A stretch of DNA of 64,000 nucleotides from Leidyana gryllorum EB-2025a (Eukaryota > Protista > Apicomplexa), in assembly GCA_048772705.1 (NCBI GenBank), contig JBLWGC010000047.1:151243-215242 (forward strand). The letters are read 5' to 3'. A program made the position numbers and the translations under genes. The notes under the pieces were generated by a model that was not told where the DNA came from, made no database searches, and saw only the letters and a list, made by a program, of their open reading frames with translations. Below are positions 36,818-48,502 of the stretch, one piece after another. Numbering within the stretch: the first letter of the stretch is position 1; each line of letters opens with the position of its first letter.

Positions 36818-39586
36818 CTACTGGACTGTGGTGAGCTTGAAGAGTTTCCCCTTCAACGCTTGGTTCTCTTTCTCAAGTTTTTGTATCCGTCCCTGCATCT
36901 CTTCCACCGTCGCTCGTCCAGTTGCCGCCAATGTGCTCATGTCGACTCCCTGTTGAAGTCGTCTTGTGGGTTCCATTAATAAGCTTTGATTCATTTTCGC
37001 TAACTCCCGATTCTTCTCGTCCAGATACCTTTGGGTCACGTCCACCCGACTCCTCAGAGTCTGGTTCTCCTGTTTCAGCTTCCCCTCCGAATCTTTCCAC
37101 TTTGCCTCCGCTTCCTTTAGAACACTCAATTGAGTCTCCAAACCGCGGATACGGAGCTCCATATCAGCCACTTTGATCTTCTCCTCCTCAACCTCTCGGT
37201 TCTTCGCCCGAAGAGTCCGGGACAACTGATCCGACAAATCGACCCCCTCGCGCCCACTCTTCTTCAACTTGTCGCGAGTGTCACCCCATTCCCGTTCTAA
37301 CCACTCAGCGTTCTTCACCGCTTCCTCCTTCTCGGTCTCCAGCTTAGCAATCTTCTCCCGGAGTGCATTCTGCGAGAAAGTTTCAAATTGAATAGACAGC
37401 AGCACGGCATAACTCACCACCTCCCGTCTATGCGCAGCGGCGCTGTCACTCTTTTGAGCGTCGCCCTCGCTGCGTCCCATTTTGTACGTCATATTCAATG
37501 CCTCCAGTTCTCGGATCTGATTCTGTAACTCCACAATCCTCATCGGATCTTCCTCCCCATATCCAGAAGCATCCAGATCACCTCCTCCTTCCCGACTTCC
37601 AGCCACTCGGCTCCCGGGCTCAAACCACGCCTTCAGCTCTCTGTCCTTCTGGTCGTACTTATCCTTCCACTCTCGCGTCATCTTCTTCTGTAACGACAAT
37701 GCCTCCTCTTTCTGCAGCAAACAATAGAGTAAGTGTGTTTCCGAGGAACACACGTCTCTTAAAAACTCACTTTATGCAACTGTTCCTGCATCTCCTCCAG
37801 CTGCGTCTTGAGCTGAGCGTGCTGCGCTGCCCTTTGAGTGAAATCTTGTGTTATCAACGACGGTTCGTTGGCCCGCCTCAAACCACCTGTCATTGAACCT
37901 TTGTTAGAATCCTCGGGACTCCCGCCCTGCAACGCCTCTATCATTTGCTGATAAGTCTCTATAGTGGCATTCAGATCCTCTTCCAGAGTATCCCGCTCAG
38001 CCACAGCCCTGTACGCGGTGTGTGGGAGTGTGCAAGTAAGTAGCCGGACCTACCGCGATCGATCTCTCACAGCTTTTTTAGCGGCATCGAGAGCTTCATT
38101 GAGTTGCCGATTCAACTGATCGTAGATCAGGAAAAAGTCCAATTCGGTTCGTTTCCGATTTGACGGCATTTCAGGTGACACCTGTTCCGGCAATGCCACA
38201 CCCGCACGCTCGTTTCTGAATCCAGCGTCCTTCTGGCCTGCAAATCAGCACCCCATCGCTTGCCAACGGCAGCTGAGCCAGTCATTACCTACAGGTGTTC
38301 AACGCAATCTGTTCCATCAGCACGGACGAATTGACAATCTTGCTCGCTGCAAACGCTCGGATAGTCAGCACGATAGTGTCACGCTGTCGGTGTGATAATG
38401 CAGCCACTCGAAGTTTCTCGGGCAAATGATCACTCGACTGTTTCATTGACAACTGCGAGGGGGTGAATGGAAGTTTAAAAGCCGTCGTTCTGTGCGCGCG
38501 TGCGAGTGCGCGCGCGCCATTCTCATACCTTGAGTCCTTTGGGGGTAGAATAATCCACAGATACAATGTTGGTGTACGCCACAACCGGTGCCGTCCAGTC
38601 TCTGACATATCCAACATTATTCGGCCCGGGTTTCTTCAAACGAACTTCATCGGGAGTCACAAAGAGAACATATGATTTGCCGTCAGCAGTTTCGAATCCC
38701 GCGGTATCCGATATGGAGTTGTCCACGGACTCAACTCTGTGACCACAGTGCGTAGCAGTGTACCCTCCGCCGGCTACTTACGGGTCAACGGGGAAACTCG
38801 AGCCCCCCGAATCTATGATGAGTGTGTGGTATACAGTCGAACACGAATATTGAAGACTGAACTCACGTAGATAGCCTTGGATAGTGTTGCGCATGGCGGC
38901 GTCGACATCAAAGGGTCCCATTTCACAGAATGCCGTCCCGAAGTCTCCGTTAGTCGACGTCACTTGCGCTCGCACATAGCAGCACACATCGTCAGCCGTT
39001 ATAGGTAGGGATCTGGGGGAGAGCGGAGTGTTTGGGGGGGTGTTACAGAGTGTGGTGGTACTCACGTCCCAACGTATTCAACGGGAATGGTGGCACTGCC
39101 ACATCGTCTTTGCCACGTAACGCGAATGGGCATATCACTTCGGCGGCCACCAGCGCCATCGATCCAGGCATTGACCACGACGGAACCGCCGAACTCTGTG
39201 TCTTCTGTGGCCATTTTTCCGTCGGGGGTACACCACTTCATTGCCACCTGAAACTTGTGGTCTCCCCATACTTGCGCTTCGAAGGGTTCGGAGGCAAAGG
39301 TTCCTAAGGCAGCGAGTCGTGTGGATAGACTCTCCTGTCTCTGTTGTTGTTGGCCGTTGGTGTTAGTCGATGTCAGAAGGTGTTCGTTCCTTCGCCTGTT
39401 TACGACGAGCTCAGTGCTCGGAGATATGGCATCTGTCGCATCGTCGCACGACCTCAGACTTGAGCTTATGACCGAACCAGCTTTCTGGAATGTCGATTGT
39501 AAATTGTGTCCGAGAGATGTGAGTCGTCTCTGTACGATGGCTGAGCTGTTGGAACCCGAATTCACGGGAGAGCCCCCGGTCGTCAT
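36818..39586 (-). CDS. Multi-exon protein with Ig-like (AIR9 A9-type) N-terminal domain and long C-terminal coiled coil
   Basis: IRVTWQRR...ITADDVCCYVRAQVT resembles A9/Ig-like repeats; E/K/L heptads in ORFs 37759-38004 and 36818-37753. Confidence 0.65.
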
Positions 39587-39610
39587 CGTAGTATTTTATT
39601 TTTACGCATC

Positions 39611-40707
39611 ATGGAAGGTGAAGTCACTCGGGTAAGCAGAGGAAGAGGACCTCTTGCTGTCCATCACACAGTCTCAATAGGCGCTGGAGTACTGTCTGAC
39701 TGGCCACACTCAGGAGGCACAAAAGATAGTGCGGAGTATTGATGCAACCGGAGAAGGCCTGGATGCAATCGCTCGCAAAGTGTGTGAAGAAGTCGAACTA
39801 ATCTGCGCATTGGATCAGAATCCGAACGCACCACTCCCGCCCACACGGATCGCTGAGGTCTTCAAACATATCTACACCGCCTTCTCTCCCAGAGTCACTG
39901 ATGACGAGCGAGCAGAGTCCCATAAATGGCTGAGAGACAACGCCAACAACTTTGACAAGGAGAGACGGTGTCGTGCATATATCACCTGCGCCCTGGGTGC
40001 ACTCACCAGCAACGGACAACTGCCCCGCTCCTCTCAGTCCATTGGCAATATCAACAATGCCATCGGAGACCTGATGCAGTTCAGCGCGGGTCTCATGGAA
40101 GCCAATCATATCGAGACGATCCTCCTGATGGCCGCCGACAGACCCGACCTCGTCGAGAGACTGCAGTCTCGAGCCGTCCGCGACAATGACATCACTCCCC
40201 TCCTCCTTGGCGTATGGGCGGCTATCGGTAAGTGTGACGCAGATTGCCGTTGCCCCAATTTCAATCAGTCCGCGGACAGTACCAGGAGGCCGGTTTGTCG
40301 TGCACAGATATTGAGGATATAATGCGCCAAGACATTGTCGCCGGTTCCTGGAGGCTCATTTGTTCTCGAGGCGTCGCTCTCTTACACGAGGAACGATACG
40401 ACGAGGCTTTGGTGGACTTCAAAAAGGCAGCAGAAATGACGCAGAATGAAGAATACTCTGTACTCGTCAACCTAATCGCCTGCTACCACCATCTCAGAAT
40501 GCATACGGAGGCCGAGAACGCCACCAGGTGAGATTGTCTCTCCCTCTGACCCTCTGACCCCCCCCCCAAAACTCATTTCCATCTCTCACTCTCTGTCTGT
40601 GTCTCAGCTTATTGCGGAAATGCACGAGTTTGACTCATCCTCTCATTGAGAAACTAGACTTGTTGGCCACCACCGCTGCCAATTTTGACAAGCGGGTGGT
40701 AGCGTAA
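39611..40707 (+). CDS. COPE: Coatomer subunit epsilon
   Basis: TPR-like; DNDITPLLLGVW, RYDEALVDFKKA...VLVNLIACYHHL, terminal THPLIEKL...NFDKRV match the epsilon-COP C-terminus. Confidence 0.75.
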
Positions 40708-40724
40708 ACCCCTCCCTCCTATGG

Positions 40725-42479
40725 CTAACTAACGATTGTGGGAAAGTCTCGTGGATGGATGTTCTCTTTGTTCTCCTCAGTATAGACAACAGCGGGTGGG
40801 GCCCTCTTCTTCTCTACAGCCCCCGCTGGCGGCACGTCGTCTCTTACCAGCGTCTCAGTGCCACGCTCTGACTCAATACGCACCATACCTCTGCTATCCT
40901 CGGGCTCGGCGTCACCCACACTCACACCGCCCTCGAGCGATCCACCGCTCTTCGCGCTCGATCGGCTCCCCACAGCTTCCCGCCGCCGAGACAGTGAGTG
41001 AGACTCGCGAGTTTTGGTGAAACTGCATTGGCTCAAAAACCATCGCAACAACGCGTCAGGGTGCTGTTCGGCCGCGACTATCATAGGACGCAGAAATTCT
41101 TCTCCAGTCGCCGGGTTCATCAGCTTCACATCAATGCCTTGCAGATGGTTACCGAACCCTTTCGGGTCGGGAATGAAAGATCGCGGGCTCACGGCGTGGC
41201 CCCAACGTCGACGGACCAGCGACACAACCACCACATCCCCTTTGGTCGACGACACTTCTTCGCTCAATTGGATCTCCACTGATCCAGTCTCGATCGGAGT
41301 AATGTTGGCAGTATACTCCGCCGGCTCCGGGGGATCAGGTATCGCCACTCTGCCGCCCACCACTCGACGACTATTGTCACTTTGGACAGCCGGAGCTTTT
41401 CGCAATATCTCCTTGTGAGATGCGGGTGCGTAACCAGCCGTCGCGCTCTTCTTAGCCGCCGGCTCAATCTCCTCCTCCAGAACGGGCTGTGATTGTGACA
41501 GCTTGCGAATTGATCGGCCTCGCGCAGCAACCGCCGGAGCCTCCTGCGAGGCACTGCCCTCGTCGCTGCCCTTTGGCGTAATCAGCGCAGAATGAGGTCG
41601 CACGGGCTCAGAAGCTATCATATCGACGGAGGAACCATTCTCCCCGCTCTGAATCTCCGGAACCGGAGACAATTTGGAAACCGCTGGGAGGGTCGACTTG
41701 GCCGACGCTTCCATGCCTTCGGTCGGCAGAGGTACCTCGGCCATGTCCTCAGCCGACACCTCGTTACTCCTCTCATCCTCAATCTCAGCCGAAGCCGCCG
41801 GCCGAGTACCCCCCTTCAGCTCAACCAGCGGCTTCACGTCAGAAGCCTTCCGCTTCAGAAGGGACTCCTTGCGTACGGGCGCCGCCTTGGTGACTAAATT
41901 GTTCGACACACTTTCTTGAGTGACAGTATCATTCGAAAGCGGCATTGATCTTTGCGAAGGCTCTTTAGATTTACCTCTCCGCGCCTTTGATGTTGCAGCA
42001 GTGCCATTCTTCAGATCGTTTCGCACCTTCGGCCGCGCCGGAGCGGGGGCTATCTCTTCTACCATCACGGCTGCTTCAGTACCTTCAGTCATATCAGGAG
42101 CGACAACAGCTTCCTCTGAACCGGGAGATGGAGCAGTGAGACTTTCATGGGCCTTCTTGCGAGCCTGAGGCTGGGATTGAGTGGTGTCCAACTTTCGCTT
42201 CTTGGACGACCTCTTACGGTCCTTGAAGGCGTCCTTGAACACTTTCATCTGCTCCCGGATATCATCAGTGGGTGTCAAGATGTTAGTCTTCGGCTCCCAG
42301 GTGGCTTCTTCCTCACTATAGTTCTCCCACTTGATCAGATAGTACTCCTTGCCGCGCATGATGTTATAAGCGAGAATCCGTTCCATAGTGTAGACATCGT
42401 CGGCCTTGTCTGCTGCCCCTTCTCCCATTTGCTGTTCCGTCTCGCTTTCGGTGTCGCTGGGTATTCGGCGTTTAGTCAT
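40725..42479 (-). CDS. Chromodomain protein, HP1-like (chromo + probable chromo-shadow)
   Basis: YTMERILA...YYLIKWENYSEEEATWEPKTNI; near C-terminus PMIVAAEQHPDALLRWFLSQCSF resembles the chromo-shadow helix; intronless. Confidence 0.8.
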   Translation of the reverse strand: MTKRRIPSDTESETEQQMGEGAADKADDVYTMERILAYNIMRGKEYYLIKWENYSEEEATWEPKTNILTPTDDIREQMKVFKDAFKDRKRSSKKRKLDTTQSQPQARKKAHESLTAPSPGSEEAVVAPDMTEGTEAAVMVEEIAPAPARPKVRNDLKNGTAATSKARRGKSKEPSQRSMPLSNDTVTQESVSNNLVTKAAPVRKESLLKRKASDVKPLVELKGGTRPAASAEIEDERSNEVSAEDMAEVPLPTEGMEASAKSTLPAVSKLSPVPEIQSGENGSSVDMIASEPVRPHSALITPKGSDEGSASQEAPAVAARGRSIRKLSQSQPVLEEEIEPAAKKSATAGYAPASHKEILRKAPAVQSDNSRRVVGGRVAIPDPPEPAEYTANITPIETGSVEIQLSEEVSSTKGDVVVVSLVRRRWGHAVSPRSFIPDPKGFGNHLQGIDVKLMNPATGEEFLRPMIVAAEQHPDALLRWFLSQCSFTKTRESHSLSRRREAVGSRSSAKSGGSLEGGVSVGDAEPEDSRGMVRIESERGTETLVRDDVPPAGAVEKKRAPPAVVYTEENKENIHPRDFPTIVS

Positions 42480-42561
42480 GTGTGTTACTTTCTGGACACT
42501 TGTTGTTGGAGACACAGCACACACGGAGACACACGGTTTGTGTGACGTCTATTGTACAAAT

Positions 42562-44164
42562 CTATTTCCAGGCAAAGTCAGCTTCGTCTGTATCCACTAC
42601 AGTACGGGTCTGAGTATCTTCATGGAGACTCTTGAGCGCTTCTGCCACGAGCTGAAATAGGTTCTGATTCTGAGGGCGGGACGACGCAGACTTGCTCACC
42701 TTTGACACATTCAGGATTTTGAACTTGGATGAATTGAGGTGTGGAGGAATTTGAACAGTGTTGGTCGTCAAAATCTCAACGATCGGAGATTTCTCCAGCG
42801 ACATGACGGTCTTTTTGGTTAGCATTGCATGGGTAGCATAGGCGAACACACGGCGTGCTCCTGCTTCTTTCAATGATCTTGCCGCCTGTATCAATCGAGA
42901 ATCCGATCCCAGGACGTCGTCCACAATGATACAGTCCCTCCCTTTGAGATCTCCAATGATCAAGTTATCGTGGTCTCTGGCGTGTTGATTGCAAGTGGGG
43001 AGGATCGGTGGAATGGTTAAACTCACCCTTTACAGTTGTCCCACCTGGTGAGTATCTCCACGCCATCTTTCCGCCCATGTCGATGTTGGACGCAGTTCGC
43101 TAGACATGTGGTGAGTCCCACTTCCTTACTGTCCGGATGGATAGCTCTCAATTGGGTGAAGAACTCTGAGCATCGCTCCATGGACTCTTCTTTGGTGGAA
43201 ATGACGACTGGACGTTTGAGACCTTTCTTGATGTAATGCTTCACCGCCAGTTTGTACGGTGTAATGTTCACAGCAGGCAGTCCTTCCGGAGTATATCCCG
43301 CCGTCCGTCGGTCGTGAAGATCGAGAAAGACGACACGGTCAACTCCCATTGTATTGAGAAGATGGCAGATGTCGGCTGCTGCCACAGGGGACGATTTATC
43401 GGAACCGCCCTCAATGTGACGAGAATAAGGCATGTGAGGAAGGATAGCGGTGATTCGCTCTGCTGAAGCTCTGCATGGTCGGTGGTTAGGCGTGAGACTG
43501 ATCCAACTACCAGACGCCCACCTTTTCAAAGCGCTTACTAAAAGGAAGAGCTCCATGAGACCGTTGTGTGGGTCGGGGGTGACTTCGGGAGATCCAACGG
43601 ATTGGATTACATAAACGTCTCGGCTCCGGACGGTGTTCAGCACTTGAATGTCAATCTCGCCATCCGCAAAGGAGCCCACATGAAGTGATGCTAACTGAAG
43701 GAGAACGTCAGTCCATCTGTGACTGCACGGCTCACATTGATTCCAAGGTGCGCACAGACCTCGTGAGCCAAGGGGGCATTCGCAGTGCCAGTGAACACCA
43801 ACATGTCGCTCTCGTCAGGAGACTTTTGGTAGGAATACCTGTGAGAGATCGATCATTCTCACGCACGCACACACTCTTGATTGACATACTTTGACTCCGG
43901 TTCAAACTCCTCGTCGTCTTCGCAATGACACTCACTTGCACGGAAGCCCTGATATACTAAGGCAGCAGAAGCAGCGGCAGCGGCGCCGCCCCAGAAGTAC
44001 CGACGATGTTGTTGTTGCTTTTGTTCTTTGGTGCTAGAAGGACTCAGCCGGTGACCATATTGACTACCCGTCAATGAACGCAGGGCAATACTCTTTGAAG
44101 CCGGTCTCAGGGCTGCTAGCCTGAAGAAGCCTGGTGCTGCCCTGGTAGGAACAAGACCATTCAT
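42562..44164 (-). CDS. Ribose-phosphate pyrophosphokinase (PRPS) family protein, degenerate active site, N-terminal targeting peptide
   Basis: FTGTANAPLA, FADGEIDIQV..TVRSRDVYVIQS, LMELFLL, GVDRVVFLDLH, IIGDLKGRDCIIVDD, VFAYATH, TNTV. Confidence 0.88.
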
Positions 44165-44320
44165 TTTTTATGGGTGTTTTTGGCTGACAGCAGCGGGCTT
44201 GAGAAAAGATACTTACCTTCACTGGGTGAACTTTGAGCCACTTACCACACAAAGTCGAGCCAATAGCTAGCCGTTGTCGCAGAGAAGTCGATATTTCAGC
44301 AAGGTTTACGCACAGAATCA

Positions 44321-47300
44321 TCACCAAGTTCTGAGTTGTTTGTTCGACGTGGACGCATCCATGAGATGTTTGGTGACAGTAGCACCGACATGTCTTCTGC
44401 TGCCGCTGCTCACTTTCCCGCCACCACCTGCAACTAAACCATTCGCCTTCCGTCCGCTCACAGCACGTACGTTTCCAGTACGCTTCCCTTTCGGCAACGG
44501 TGGAGGCGCACCTGGCGGCAAGACCGGTTCATCTTCACTCTCTGAAATGCTCACAATCCTCCGAGCCGCCTTGTGCGGTCGTAAAGCTCCATAAAACTCT
44601 TCAGGACTCTTTGCCGATTGGAGTTTGTCGATCAAACCGCGATCCTTGTCCACCCATCCTGGCGCCACAGACCGGAAAGAAGCTAATGCGCCACTCCCCG
44701 CCGGGGACTGATACAAGAAACACTGCCGGTACACCGCCATCAGTTCTTCGAAATCACCCGGACGAGCAGGAATGTCGTTTATCAACTTCTCCATACTCTC
44801 AAGCCCCTTGTCCTGGGTCACTGCTGTTTGCGACCGGCGCCCTTTGACATCTGGTGTGGTGTCCTCATCATCGCTGATGGCGACCACCCGACTTGCAGCA
44901 TTGTCATGCTTCCTCAACATGTTCACGTAGCCCTCGTGAGTTGTGCCATTCCTCTCCAAATCATCCAGTAGACCTTCCTGGCCAGGGAGGAGGAAATACT
45001 GCTTCTCCTGCTCAACTTGATCCGCTGCACTCAGTCTCTCCGAAGCCAGGGCCGGGTGATTCCACCAAATGAGACCTTGGTGAAGATCTATCAGCTCATG
45101 CAGGACCGCCAGGTTCACTTGCACAGAGGACTGCCCACTCTTACGCGGCAAATCAATATCGAAGTTGGACCCATAAACGCTTCCGCGATCGCCCTTCACC
45201 CCACTGTTCGCGCTGCCGCCACTGCTTCGGGAGTTCGAACTGTCCGGCAGGGCGCCTTCTTCTTCTTCCGTCTCCAGCTCCACTCCCCCCATTCTCAGTA
45301 CTTGACCTCTTGAGCCAATTACCTCACACTCCCTCGCCTGTTCGCTACTACTCAGACTCATTTCCTCAACTCCGCAGCCATTCTCCCTCAGAACCTTCAG
45401 CTCCTCTTTCAGAACCGGCAACTTGTCAGTCATCTCATCGATATCGTCCGGGTGTACCTTCCTCTTTTTTCCATTCCGCTGCATCCAGGCTGGCAAGTGC
45501 TCGCCACGGGCTTCTTTCTCCTCCACCATTCCCAGCATACTGGCATAAGCAATCGCCTCGTCTTCACACATCCCTGTACTTTGACGTCCAGGAGAATACA
45601 AAGTCAGTGTCTTGTTGTATCGAGCCTCTGGCAGCAAGTCCAGGAGTGTTAAACGGCCATTTGAGCACTTGGAGCGTACAGCTGGTGAAGCTGTCCGGTC
45701 CAAGACATTCCCAAGTCGCCTGTACGTATTCTCGAATATTTCAATCGGTATCGATAGTTCCGGTCTCAGAGTATAGATTGAATACTCCGAGCTGTTCAAG
45801 CCCTGGCCTCCACATATCCGTGGCCCACCCTGGTGCCAAAGCGGATGGTATCGCGGTAGACTGCGCCGACGGAACACTCTGTCGTCGATACTGATGACAG
45901 CGGACAGCAAAGAAGCCTCTCTCAGCCTCATCAGATTACGAATTTCGTCAGGCCTGTCTCGAGATTGTGCTTCTAGTCGGTGCTCCGCATCGCGAACAGA
46001 TAATAGGCGCTGTCAGAATCGATATTGAAAAAGAAATAGTTACTTGACGCTTACTTCTAATCGTTCCTCGAATTTGTCAATTGCTTCGGCGATGCGGAAA
46101 CTGTTCTTTCCGATATCATTGGTGGGTTCCAAAGGTGAGGATATACACAACAACTCGTCATATCGCTCAGCGTTGAGATCCGGAGCACAGAGACGCATCC
46201 GATACTGCAAGACAACGATTCGAATGCTCTTGGTGGTGTTTGGTTTCTTACCTTAGGAAACGTGCTACCAACTCCTCTGACGTCTATGGCATCGATACTT
46301 CGGTCCCAATTACAATAGCGATGGAGGAAGCCGACCAGCAGATCACCCAGATTATAATTCGAGAGACGATTGTCAGGATCACGAGAGAGATCCTGTAGAT
46401 GAGAGAGGGTCATCGTAAACAACATATATGACCCAATTCCTCCCTTGTACGTTTCACCGAGGTCCGACTGTCGCAACAACATCTTCAATACCAACAAAAG
46501 TGGTCGCAATACTGGCCACTCCTTTAGCTGCGAATACAATCGAGTATTGAACACCGCCGAGACATCAGACGCACCTTAGAGCGAATAAAGTGGGAAGTAT
46601 CTCGGGCCGACCCCTGATTCATGGAGACATCAGCATGGATGCCTGTTGCTTCATCCACGAACTTAACAATTGGGATTCGAGCTTTCGTGATGGGAGTCAA
46701 ATTCGACGTGAAGCGACATTTGCGGATTGCAGCTACGAGTTCCAGACAAGCCTCTCGAGTATCGGAACGGGGAACGTCCATCAGACATATATCTACGTCA
46801 CCTTGGGGTAAAGTCAGACCAGTGCTAAAAGAACCGAAGGGGACCAGTTTGCAATGGGGCCACAGACTGCGGGCCACGAAGAGCACTCGAGCCAAGACCT
46901 GAAGCAACTATGTGAGTTTCCAAATGGCCGCTCACCTCAAGCCGTTTGACGGCTTCTCCTTCAGTGGGCTCACACCACGCTGCAAAGGCGCAAATCTCCT
47001 CGTGCAGCCGCTCGCTAAACGACAACTGTTTGATGGACTTCAGAATAGTCGTATCATTAGGCCGTTGCTTCTCGTCGCGCCATCGCTTTCGGGTGTCTCG
47101 AGATTTCAGCCCAGCAGCTTCATCGCCACTCTCATGCAAGAGGAACGGTGCCCATGGAGTGCACATCAGAGCCGGTCCACAATAGTGAGAAACGGTAGCA
47201 GTGGGGGCTCCTCTGTATGGCTGAGACCGGGGAGGGGAGTCACGTTGGTGACCACGAGATCGTGATGAGTGAGAACTATCTCGATCCCGCTGTCTGCTCG

Positions 47301-47778
47301 AGGGATGTGGGTCTGGACGAGTGGTGGGGTTCCCAGAGAAGCCGAATACCGAACGGGGTAAGTCCATCGCCTCCTGGGTGGTATTGCTAGAGACGCCTAT
47401 TTTCTCAAGCTCGGCAAGCCTCCGGTCTCTACGAGCTTTCAGCAAACCTTTCACCATGTTAGCGGCCTGAGCAGCTTGCTCTCCGCGCGAGACAGGTGTG
47501 CAGTATTCATCGGGTCTACGACTGTCCAGGTCGTTTTTGGACTGTCGAAGAGCTTCGAAGAGGTTGAAGCGACTCTCCACGGGTCTCGCCTCCTCAGATC
47601 GCCCGCTCTCTCCATCTGCCGCGTCAGGAGTATCGGGTTCAATTCGGCGTCTTTTTGCACCCTGTTGAGACTCCTCAAAGCGCCTCTTCCGTTGTGCGAG
47701 TATCTCGGGAGACACGTTCCTGTCCGCTGGGGACTCCGTGAGGCCCTGGGGAGCTCGCCTCGCCTTGGTCGGCCGCAT
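44321..47778 (-). CDS. TRF4/PAPD5-like non-canonical poly(A) polymerase
   Basis: RLHEEICAF, PFGSFSTGLTLPQGDVD, ARIPIVKF, IHADVS (all three Asp present), LKMLLRQSDL..TYKGGIGSY, NLGDLLVGFL; long C-terminal extension. Confidence 0.92.
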
Positions 47779-48432
47779 CAGGACCGCTAAAATTTTCTCT
47801 CGGGGGTGGCAAAGTACCTTCCACCAAGGTTCTGAACTCTTTCTTAGGGAGGCCTTTGAAAGCAATGGAGCAACCCTGCGGATGGGATTGAACCATCATT
47901 GGGAGTAAGGCGACTGCTATAAGGTGCTCGCAAGGCTATTGTGTGTCATATGGCGCTCAATTTATAGGATTTCGTCACTCACGAACGAAGTGCCCCTGTC
48001 GCGGCCGCGTGCTTGGTATAGACAGGTACAAAAATGGGGAGCCATCAAACGCCGACGGGTTCCAGTGCATTCGTCCTCAATCTGAATGAAGCACGGGGCG
48101 TCCAACGATTGTGGCAGCATTATTGTTTCTGAGAACTCCTTCCCTATCATATAAAATGTTGGACCGTGGTGAGGAGGCAGTATGAAGTGCACGGTGACTT
48201 GCGAGCGAGTCAGGAGTGCATGAGCCTTGCGCACTTGAGCTTCAGATGTCAAACAGCATAAGTACTCGATGTGATCGATCATTGACTGGGATGGATGTCG
48301 ACTGGGTTTGGTATGGCATTCAAGTAGCTGGAGTGTCCGTTTCCATTCGTAATTTGTTTTGGACAGTAGCTCTGGCCAAAGGCTCGCCCAGACCAAGGCA
48401 GTGTAAATGTCCGCTTGTTCTGCGTGAGCCAT
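47675..48432 (-). CDS. SWIM zinc-finger protein, ZSWIM7/SWS1-like; 3' end overlaps or splices into TRF4
   Basis: Intron 47936-47982 restores FCTC-x14-CEHLIAV (CxC...CxH); VRKAHALL resembles the SWS1 N-terminal helix. Confidence 0.7.
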
Positions 48433-48502
48433 CACACACACGTGTGCGACGTTGAGCGAAGCACCTCGAGTGGTGTGTCCAAAGCAGTGCTATCTAATCT
48501 AT

